From an uncultured Gammaproteobacteria bacterium (GTDB lineage: Bacteria; Pseudomonadota; Gammaproteobacteria; DRJJ01), in NCBI GenBank assembly GCA_947258795.1, contig CAMYJU010000003.1, forward strand, positions 141,779 through 205,778: a stretch of 64,000 bases of DNA. The letters are read 5' to 3'. Below the pieces are notes generated by a model. That model saw only the letters and a list, made by a program, of their open reading frames with translations. It did no database searches and was not told the origin of the DNA. The position numbers and the translations under genes are program-made. Numbering within the stretch: position 1 is the stretch's first letter; every line of letters begins with the position of its first letter. Positions 56,831 to 64,000 of this stretch are shown here, piece by piece.

Positions 56831-59281
56831 GTGTCAGATCAAGATTCCAGTACCTGTTATCACTGTGGTTTGCCGAACCCGCCGAACAGTCATTATGTCG
56901 TCGAGATCGAGGGGCAGCAGCGGGCGATGTGCTGCCCGGGTTGTGCAGCTGTGGCCAGGGCGATCGTCGACCAGGGTCTGACCGACTATTACAAATACCG
57001 CACCGAGCCGGCGCGCAATCCGGCCGAACTGGTTCCGGACAGCCTGCAGGAAATGGCCCTGTACGACCGTCCCGAGATCCAGCAACAGTTTGTATCGGTC
57101 AAATCTGAAAATGTGCGTCAGGCATCGCTGATATTGGAAGGCATTACCTGTGCCGCCTGTATCTGGCTGAACGAACGCCATGTCAGCGCCATCCCCGGTG
57201 TGCTGGAATTTCGTGTTAATTTCGCATCACACCGTGCGCAGGTCAGCTGGGACAGCAGCCAGTTGCATCTGAGCGATATCCTGCAGGCTATTGCCGCGGT
57301 CGGCTATATCGCCCATCCGTTTGATCCGGGCCGGCAGGAGGTCGTGTATAAAAAAGAACGCTCACAGGCGCTACGAAGAATAGCAGTCGCCGGTCTGGGT
57401 ATGATGCAGGTGATGATGCTGGCCGTGGCGCTATACGCGGGCGACTACCAGGGCATGGATGCGGATCTGAAAAACTTTATGCGCTGGATCAGTCTGCTGA
57501 TAACGACGCCGGTGGTGCTGTATTCAGCGCAGCCGTTCTTCCGCAGGGCCTGGCGCGATTTACGCCGTACACAGCTGGGCATGGATGTGCCGGTGTCGCT
57601 GGCTATCGGTGCGGCCTTCCTGGCCAGTGCCTGGGCCACGGCAGCCGGTACCGGCGAGGTCTATTTCGATTCGGTCAATATGTTTACCTTCTTCCTATTG
57701 AGCGGCCGCTTCCTCGAAATGCAGGCGCGTCACAAGGCCGGGCTGGCCGCCGATGAGCTGATCCGTATCCTGCCGGCGATGGCGACACGGCTAGACGATG
57801 GAGTGCCGATCGAGGTGCTGGTCAGCGAATTGATGGTCGGCGACCGGGTACAGGTCAAGCCCGGTGGTACGATACCGGCGGACGGGATCGTGGTCGACGG
57901 CCGTAGCAGTGTTGATGAATCCCTGCTTACCGGAGAAAGCCATCCGGTCGCGATTGAGATATCGGATTCCGTGGTTGGTGGTAGTATCAATATTTCCAGC
58001 CCGATAATCGTAGACATCCAGCATGTCGGTGAAGACACGGTGCTGGCCGGAATTATTCGCCTGCTCGACCGCGCCCAGACCGAAAAGCCGCGTATCGCGC
58101 AGCTGGCCGACCGCATCGCGGCCTGGTTTGTCGCTGCCATCCTGTTACTCGCGGTTGCCGTGTTTGCGTGGTGGTGGCAGCACGAGCCGGCCGAGGCCTT
58201 CTGGATTACGCTGTCGGTACTGGTGGTGACCTGTCCCTGTGCGCTATCGCTGGCGACCCCGGCCGCACTGGTTGCCGGTACCGGAGCGCTGACCCGGCAG
58301 GGTCTGTTGACCACCCGGGCACATGCCCTCGAGGTACTCGGTCAGGCCACGCATATGATATTCGACAAGACCGGTACGCTGACGCATGGGCAACTGGAAC
58401 TGATTGACACGCGAGTGCTGGGTTCGGTAGCTGCGCAGCAATGTATAGAATTGGCCGGAGCGCTGGAACAGTCTTCCGAGCATCCGCTGGCACGTGCGTT
58501 TCAGCACAGCAGTCACAACACCCTGAGCGCGACCGAGGTCGAGGCAGTCACCGGGCAGGGTATCCAGGGCGTCATCGACGGCAAGGTATACCGGCTGGGC
58601 AGTCCGGCGTTTAGCGGTTGTGAGGAATCCATTCTGGCGGAATCGTCCGCAGCGCTGGCCAGCCAGATTGTACTTTCCGATGAGCAGGGGCCGTTGTGCG
58701 TGTTTTCACTTGCCGACCGGTTGCGCGACGAGGCAGCAGAAGCGATTAGGCTGTTGCGAGCGCAGGGTATTAGCATCTGGCTGTTAAGCGGTGACAGTAC
58801 AGATAATGTTCGCCAGGTCGCCACAGGGCTCGGTATCGACCATGCAGAAGGTCGCATGCTGCCTGAAGACAAGCTCGAACGACTCCGTCAGCTGGAGCAG
58901 ACCGGTGCCGTGGTCGCGATGGTTGGCGATGGCGTTAATGATGCGCCGGTACTGGCCGGCGCAGCGGTATCCATTGCGATGGGCGGGGGTACGCAACTGG
59001 CACAGGTCAGCGCCGACATGTTGCTGCTGTCGGAGAACCTGATGCACTTGAGCGAAGGCGTCAGGCAGTCGCATCGTACCCGCAGTATTATTCGCCAGAA
59101 TCTGGGCTGGGCGCTTGTGTATAATACGGTAGCGCTGCCACTGGCGGCGGCCGGCTATATCGCGCCGTGGATGGCGGCAATCGGGATGTCGATGAGTTCA
59201 CTGGTCGTGGTGCTCAATGCACTGCGATTGTCGTCCAGAACACAACAAATGGATACCAATGTCCGCAAAGTGACGGGCTAG
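56831..59281 (+). CDS. ccoI: Copper-translocating P1B-type ATPase CcoI/FixI
   Basis: N-terminal Cys-rich region (CYHCGLP...CCPGCA), CPC transmembrane metal site, DKTGT phosphorylation site, GDGVNDAP hinge. Confidence 0.9.
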   Translation: MSDQDSSTCYHCGLPNPPNSHYVVEIEGQQRAMCCPGCAAVARAIVDQGLTDYYKYRTEPARNPAELVPDSLQEMALYDRPEIQQQFVSVKSENVRQASLILEGITCAACIWLNERHVSAIPGVLEFRVNFASHRAQVSWDSSQLHLSDILQAIAAVGYIAHPFDPGRQEVVYKKERSQALRRIAVAGLGMMQVMMLAVALYAGDYQGMDADLKNFMRWISLLITTPVVLYSAQPFFRRAWRDLRRTQLGMDVPVSLAIGAAFLASAWATAAGTGEVYFDSVNMFTFFLLSGRFLEMQARHKAGLAADELIRILPAMATRLDDGVPIEVLVSELMVGDRVQVKPGGTIPADGIVVDGRSSVDESLLTGESHPVAIEISDSVVGGSINISSPIIVDIQHVGEDTVLAGIIRLLDRAQTEKPRIAQLADRIAAWFVAAILLLAVAVFAWWWQHEPAEAFWITLSVLVVTCPCALSLATPAALVAGTGALTRQGLLTTRAHALEVLGQATHMIFDKTGTLTHGQLELIDTRVLGSVAAQQCIELAGALEQSSEHPLARAFQHSSHNTLSATEVEAVTGQGIQGVIDGKVYRLGSPAFSGCEESILAESSAALASQIVLSDEQGPLCVFSLADRLRDEAAEAIRLLRAQGISIWLLSGDSTDNVRQVATGLGIDHAEGRMLPEDKLERLRQLEQTGAVVAMVGDGVNDAPVLAGAAVSIAMGGGTQLAQVSADMLLLSENLMHLSEGVRQSHRTRSIIRQNLGWALVYNTVALPLAAAGYIAPWMAAIGMSMSSLVVVLNALRLSSRTQQMDTNVRKVTG

Positions 59282-59285
59282 CAAT

Positions 59286-59525
59286 ATGAATATTCTGTAT
59301 TTACTGATACCAATCGGGCTGGTTTTCCTGGCAGGAGCGATCTGGCTGCTGATCTGGGCGATACGCAGTGGCCAGTACGATGATCTCGAGGGTCCGGCAT
59401 TCCGGGTGCTGATGGACGATGACGACCCGCGTATTCCACAATACAAATCCGCTGATGAAGCAGGGCAGAACCACAAGCAGGAGCAAAACCAGAGTAGTAA
59501 TACTAATAAAACGGATAATAAGTGA
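59286..59525 (+). CDS. ccoS: cbb3 oxidase maturation protein CcoS/FixS
   Basis: N-terminal single TM (LIPIGLVFLAGAIWLLIWAIRSGQYDDLEG) typical of CcoS. Confidence 0.8.
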   Translation: MNILYLLIPIGLVFLAGAIWLLIWAIRSGQYDDLEGPAFRVLMDDDDPRIPQYKSADEAGQNHKQEQNQSSNTNKTDNK

Positions 59526-59796
59526 GCAGTTGACCGCAAGCTCCGGATATTACAGAGAAAGTCGAAAAATGCCGCTTAAGACGTTGCTGAATATTGTAAT
59601 AACTTTATGATTTCATTAAAAAACTAATATATCATTGAATTAATTGACTTTTTTAAAGCCATAAAAATTATTTATAGAATAACACACGAACAGGCCGTTT
59701 TTTGGCTTGCATTTCGGCTGATCTTGCGCAGAATTAGTGTTGAATCAGGGAGCGATATCATATAAGATTTCGCTAATATTCAACGGAGATTTAGTC

Positions 59797-59886
59797 ATGT
59801 TTACCTTCGAGAATTTACCCCTGACAATCGTCATTGGGCTTGTGACAGTGGCGTGGCTGTCGTTTCTGACGGTCTTACTTGCATAG
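59797..59886 (+). CDS. Unannotated 29-aa hydrophobic peptide (MFTFENLPLTIVIGLVTVAWLSFLTVLLA)
   Basis: ATG at 59797 with GGAG about 10 nt upstream, stop TAG at 59884-59886, followed 30 nt later by a strong intrinsic terminator. Confidence 0.3.
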   Translation: MFTFENLPLTIVIGLVTVAWLSFLTVLLA

Positions 59887-59917
59887 TTTCATGTAAGTAT
59901 TATTTGCTCCCAAGCAT

Positions 59918-59948
59918 GCGGCCTCACTCATGTGAGGCCGTTTTTTTT
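59918..59948 (+). terminator. Intrinsic terminator (GCGGCCTCAC-tcat-GTGAGGCCG + T8)
   Basis: GC-rich 9-10-bp stem followed by TTTTTTTT on the plus strand. Confidence 0.6.
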
Positions 59949-59968
59949 ATTGTGCCGGATAAATAAGA

Positions 59969-61096
59969 TTAGCCGAACAGATTTTCCCTGAACTGGGCCT
60001 GGATAGATTCGACTTCGTCACGGTTGTTAGACATTGCCTCGACACAGTCCGGGTCGAGCTTGGGTCCGGCAAGATGCTCTAATTCCTCAAATGTTGCGTC
60101 AATACTCCAAGCCTGTTTATAGGGTCGACGGCTGGTCAAAGCATCATAGACGTCAGCGACGGCTATAATACGTGCTTCCAGTGGGATCTCCTCATCTTTT
60201 AATCCGGACGGGTAGCCTTTCCCATCCATGGTTTCATGATGGAACTCAATAATATTGCGCAAGATATCGATGTGATAGAAATGCTGCATGCCAAAATTCT
60301 GCAGTAGGCCATCTATAAGCTCACGGCCTTTTTGGGCATGGGTGCGCATGATTCGCATTTCATCCTCATTTAGACGAGCTTCTTTTAGCAGGATACGGTC
60401 TGGGATTGCGATTTTGCCAATATCATGTAGTGGAGAAAACATGTAAATATGTTCGATATAGTCATCGTCAAGATTGTGCTTATCGGCAAGTGAGGAAGCG
60501 ATAAGGCGCGAGTAACGTGACATTCTATCCAGATGGCCACCGGTCTCCGGATCACGCAAGTGTGTGATATGCCCCGTTGTTTTAATGGCTGCGGTCAGCG
60601 TCTGTATGGAATCCAGTTCGTTAGCGACCATTAGCGAGAGCATATGTCCCATCATGTCCAGTTCATCCAGGACTTCGGGCCTAAAACAGTTGGACTCACG
60701 AGAATTAAAAAAGATAAAACCGAAAAAACGGTTATTATGGATCATCGGCATGGTATAGCTGGCAGCATATCCTGCACGTCCAATGCGGCGGGTATGTTCA
60801 TGCTTACCATCTTCAAAGGTCAGCATATTATTAATCACACGAGGCTGACGTTTTTCCAGCAAGGCCTTCAGTGAAGGTGCATCGTCCAGTAGAGCCTGGT
60901 AGTTGTCCAGTGGCGATTCGCCTTCACTGCTATGCAGGTAGGTTTTAAGAAGTGTTGTTTCCGAATCATAAATAGAAATTGCAATACGCCCAATGAACGG
61001 AAAATGAATCTTGATCGCCTTATGGGTGCAGGCCAGCTTTTCCTTTAACGGGATATCGAGATCCAGGGAAGTGAGTATGTCCTTATGTTCGGTCAT
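59969..61096 (-). CDS. HD-GYP domain c-di-GMP phosphodiesterase with N-terminal GAF-like sensor domain
   Basis: HDIGKIAIPD (HD) and DGKGYPSGL (GYP) motifs; about 180-aa N-terminal sensor region. Confidence 0.9.
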   Translation of the reverse strand: MTEHKDILTSLDLDIPLKEKLACTHKAIKIHFPFIGRIAISIYDSETTLLKTYLHSSEGESPLDNYQALLDDAPSLKALLEKRQPRVINNMLTFEDGKHEHTRRIGRAGYAASYTMPMIHNNRFFGFIFFNSRESNCFRPEVLDELDMMGHMLSLMVANELDSIQTLTAAIKTTGHITHLRDPETGGHLDRMSRYSRLIASSLADKHNLDDDYIEHIYMFSPLHDIGKIAIPDRILLKEARLNEDEMRIMRTHAQKGRELIDGLLQNFGMQHFYHIDILRNIIEFHHETMDGKGYPSGLKDEEIPLEARIIAVADVYDALTSRRPYKQAWSIDATFEELEHLAGPKLDPDCVEAMSNNRDEVESIQAQFRENLFG

Positions 61097-61198
61097 TTGT
61101 ATGTTCCGGCTATTGAGGATTTACGTGTACTTAGTATAGCGGTTATCAATCCCCTGCATTAAGCCAGCATATCAAGGCACTATCTAACAACACAGTAA

Positions 61199-62764
61199 TT
61201 ATGGTTTATGGCCGCGAAGGCGGGAAAGCACGGCGCTGAAATCCAGTGGTATAGTGGTATCAATCGCAATTGAGTTAGCGCGCTCCTGGTCGTCAAGTTC
61301 TTGTGCGGTTTGCAACTGGTGCGCCAGTACCAGCAAATTGGCTTCTGATGCATCCGTCCCGGTGCGATCACGGGCGGTGATTCTGGATTTCAGCTCGGTG
61401 GTTGGTGCCTGACAATCAAGAATGAAGTAGGTCCTATCCAGTCTGTTTGCCAGTTCTGTAAATGGCCGCCTTTGCGCGATGGACAGGAAGGCTGCGTCTA
61501 CGATGACGGTATAGCCGGCTCGGATGATTTTTTCAGCGATATCAGCCAGGCGGGTATAGGTTTTTTCGCTCATCTCACGGGTATAGATACCGCTGTTGAC
61601 CGATGAGCCGGAGCGCTGGGTTTCGCCCAGGCCGGACAGGCGCTTGCGTTCAATATCGGATCGGATGTGGAATGCGCCAGCCTGTACGGCCAGTTCATGC
61701 GCGATGCTGGTCTTACCGGAACCGGACAGGCCATGAGTAATCACCAGTACCGGTTTATCGGGATTACAATACCGGTCTGCCTGCGTCAGGTAGGACTGAA
61801 ACTCGATCAGGATCTGTTGTTGCTCAGTGGGCCGGATGTCATGTTGATGAGCACGGATGCAATCAACCTTGGCGCGGACCATGGCCCGGTAGACCAGGTA
61901 GAGACGCAACACATCTACACCGTCATAGTCGCCAGTCAGTTGCAGGTAGCGATTAAGAAATTCCCAGGCCAATGCGGGTTGCCCCCGGTCCTCCAGATCC
62001 ATGGCCGTGAATGCAATCTCGCTGGCAACATCTATCCAGTACAGGTTCGGATTGAACTCGATACAATCAAAGATCAGGATATTGCCGTAATCCAGGGCAA
62101 TATTATGCAAGTGAAGGTCACCATGACATTCGCGGATATAGCCGGATGCCTTGCGTAGTTCCAGTGTCGGTTTGTGTGCCTGCCAGCTGCGTCGGGTCCA
62201 GTCCCTGACACCTTGCAGTTGCAGTAGTGTGGCATGGTCCGTGGCCAGTGCCTGTATCTGATCCAGGTTCTCGATCATCGGGTCGAGGATGCGGTCAGGT
62301 GTACCATAGGGTGATGTGCTGTCTGCTACAGCAATGTGCTGATGAAAATCGGCTACTTTTTCTGCAAGCAGGCGGATATGTTCAGCCGTCAGTTCGTCAC
62401 GCGCCAACAACTTGTCGAGTTCCTGGTCCGGATTAAACTCGCGCATTTTAACGGCATAATCGAGCACCGGACCATCACCGTTTAAGACAGGTTGCTCAGG
62501 TGCACCATTGATGCTGACCACATCCAGGTACAGGTCCGGCGCCAGCCTGGCATTCAGGCGTATTTCTTCCTCACAATAGTGTTTGCGCCGGTCGAGAGTG
62601 GAAAAATTCAGGAAGCCCAGGTCGACTGGCTTTTTAAGCTTGTAGGCGTAGGGGCCGGTCAGGATGACCCAGGAGATATGGGTTTCCACCAGGGTGATCT
62701 CTGTCACATCATGCGGATAGACCCCTGCGTTCTGAAGTGATGTGATCAGTGTTTCCGTATTCAT
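61199..62764 (-). CDS. Bifunctional aminoglycoside-phosphotransferase-fold / P-loop ATP-binding protein
   Basis: N-terminal APH-like kinase region (HGDLHLHNIAL; IFDCIEFNP...) and C-terminal P-loop (ITHGLSGSGKTSIA). Confidence 0.8.
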   Translation of the reverse strand: MNTETLITSLQNAGVYPHDVTEITLVETHISWVILTGPYAYKLKKPVDLGFLNFSTLDRRKHYCEEEIRLNARLAPDLYLDVVSINGAPEQPVLNGDGPVLDYAVKMREFNPDQELDKLLARDELTAEHIRLLAEKVADFHQHIAVADSTSPYGTPDRILDPMIENLDQIQALATDHATLLQLQGVRDWTRRSWQAHKPTLELRKASGYIRECHGDLHLHNIALDYGNILIFDCIEFNPNLYWIDVASEIAFTAMDLEDRGQPALAWEFLNRYLQLTGDYDGVDVLRLYLVYRAMVRAKVDCIRAHQHDIRPTEQQQILIEFQSYLTQADRYCNPDKPVLVITHGLSGSGKTSIAHELAVQAGAFHIRSDIERKRLSGLGETQRSGSSVNSGIYTREMSEKTYTRLADIAEKIIRAGYTVIVDAAFLSIAQRRPFTELANRLDRTYFILDCQAPTTELKSRITARDRTGTDASEANLLVLAHQLQTAQELDDQERANSIAIDTTIPLDFSAVLSRLRGHKP

Positions 62765-63050
62765 GGGCCCGGATTATTGTTGAACAGTAAAAAAGTGTTA
62801 ATCAAATGTATGGGATATGGCTGACGACAACCTAACCCGTCTTAAAGTATAGATATAAGCGCTGTCAGTGGCTATTTGAACGCAATACATGATCTGGGAC
62901 AAATCGCCTTATCCATTGTTTTGCTATTCTCATTTTGTATTCTATTCTATTTATATAGAAGTTCTATGTTATAGAAGGTGTATGGCAGCTTTCCATACCG
63001 ATGTGGTTCTGTGTTCTATTAATGTTACCGGGCAGATGCGCTGGTCAACC

Positions 63051-63734
63051 ATGAGTAACCAAGTTGAAAGAATGCTGGATGATATCAGGAGCGAGGTCAG
63101 ATATACGCGACACATGATAGGAAGGGATGAGCTGGCGCCCGAAGTGATGGAGGCAATGCGTGTTGTGTCTCGCAAGGAGTTTGTCCCGAAAGCCATGCAG
63201 CCTTTTGCCTATGATAATGGCCCCTTGTCGATCGGATACGGCCAGACTATATCGCAACCCTATATCGTCGCGCTGATGACGGACCTGCTTGGTCTGGAGG
63301 CAGGTCATGTCGTGCTTGAGATTGGCACAGGCTCCGGTTATCAAACAGCGATACTGTCCAGGCTCGCCAGCAAGGTTTATTCAGTCGAATTGATTGGCAC
63401 ACTTGGCGAACAGAGCCGCAAACGACTGGAGCGACTGAAATACGACAATATAGAAACACGTATCGGCAATGGCTACGAAGGCTGGCCAGAGCACGCCCCC
63501 TATGACGCCATTATCGTTACCGCCGCGGCATCACATATCCCCGTGGCGCTGCTGGAGCAACTGAAACCGGGAGGCAGGATGACCATTCCGGTCGGGCTGC
63601 CCCACAGTCACCAGGAGTTGATGTTGGTAGAAAAAGACAACCAGGGCGAAACCCGTGTCAGGAAGATCCTGGATGTTGCGTTTGTACCGCTGGTGGCGGA
63701 CCCGTCACTTGAACACGAGCATATGAAGACCTGA
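63051..63734 (+). CDS. pcm: Protein-L-isoaspartate O-methyltransferase
   Basis: GYGQTISQPYIVALM and SAM-binding VLEIGTGSGYQTA motifs; ATG at 63051 gives about 227 aa. Confidence 0.9.
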   Translation: MSNQVERMLDDIRSEVRYTRHMIGRDELAPEVMEAMRVVSRKEFVPKAMQPFAYDNGPLSIGYGQTISQPYIVALMTDLLGLEAGHVVLEIGTGSGYQTAILSRLASKVYSVELIGTLGEQSRKRLERLKYDNIETRIGNGYEGWPEHAPYDAIIVTAAASHIPVALLEQLKPGGRMTIPVGLPHSHQELMLVEKDNQGETRVRKILDVAFVPLVADPSLEHEHMKT

Positions 63735-63750
63735 AAAGGACAGATACTTG

Positions 63751-64000
63751 ATGCCGGTAAACAAGAGCCAATATCTGTTATTGCCAGAAGAGCTGTACAA
63801 GGCCTGTGACCTGTCATTGTTCAGTTTCAGAACAACCGCAGAGCTGGAGGATATCAGCGATATTATCGGCCAGCAAAGGGCAACGGATGCGCTTAAGTTC
63901 GGTGTTGGCATCAGTCACGATGGCTATAACCTGTATGTGTCGGGTTCGACAGGGCTGGGCAAGCATGAGGCGGTTAAACGAATTCTGGAAGAAAAAATAA
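63751..64000 (+). CDS. Lon-related AAA+ protease/ATP-binding protein (LonB-like), N-terminal 83 aa only (3' end outside window)
   Basis: The frame is open to the window edge. The N-terminus LYKACDLSLFSFRTTAELEDISDIIGQQRATDALKFGVGISHDGYNLYVSGSTGLGK (start of a Walker A) matches the Lon-like family. Confidence 0.7.
   Translation, partial: MPVNKSQYLLLPEELYKACDLSLFSFRTTAELEDISDIIGQQRATDALKFGVGISHDGYNLYVSGSTGLGKHEAVKRILEEKI

Noticed and set aside
1-64000. Mobile elements, CRISPR arrays, rRNA/tRNA genes, prophage or defence islands
   Set aside because: No transposase or integrase-like ORF, no direct-repeat arrays and no tRNA-like cloverleaf candidates were seen in the intergenic regions. The window reads as conserved chromosomal backbone.

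Overview
This 64-kb window reads as ordinary chromosomal backbone of a proteobacterial aerobe, most consistent with a gammaproteobacterium. GC content is moderate and the intergenic spacers are AT-rich. I found no transposase, integrase, CRISPR array, rRNA gene or convincing tRNA gene. Recognisable content, in order: (1) the 3' end of a translationally coupled exopolysaccharide-type operon (HlyD-like adaptor, a Cys-rich protein with a degenerate GGDEF domain, a GT2 processive glycosyltransferase); (2) lpxL-family acyltransferase, a DUF2007 protein, ttcA, metH; (3) a block of small or hypothetical genes (GGCT-like, an APH-fold kinase, an E3-like flavoprotein disulfide reductase, a GGDEF-EAL protein); (4) a cluster of a TPP-dependent enzyme, an aldehyde dehydrogenase, an FMN glutamate-synthase-like protein and an HPP membrane protein; (5) a TerB-family protein, a two-receiver response regulator, and an RND adaptor plus permease; (6) a TPR protein, a TlpA-like redoxin, a DUF1287 protein, a DUF502 protein, a DsrE-like protein and an ABC-2 exporter; (7) a minus-strand block of a TetR regulator, two TusA-like small proteins and a Pro/Tyr-rich membrane protein; (8) a membrane-anchored RRM protein and comF; (9) the bioBFHCD operon; (10) a respiratory island: aa3-type oxidase genes (coxB, coxA, ctaG, coxC, surf1, a SCO-like gene, ctaB) directly followed by cbb3-type ccoNOQP and ccoGHIS; (11) an HD-GYP phosphodiesterase, a bifunctional APH/P-loop kinase, pcm, and the start of a Lon-like AAA protease. 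The points most worth a second look are the c-di-GMP-receptor-like middle gene of the exopolysaccharide module, a recurrent intergenic motif family (GACTTAWWTCAGGG and relatives), a perfect FNR-type box between two divergent unannotated mini-ORFs, tandem TusA-like proteins with degenerate CPxP sites, and several small membrane peptides missing from the ORF track. I see nothing that demands an entirely new system, so the novelty calls below are made cautiously.
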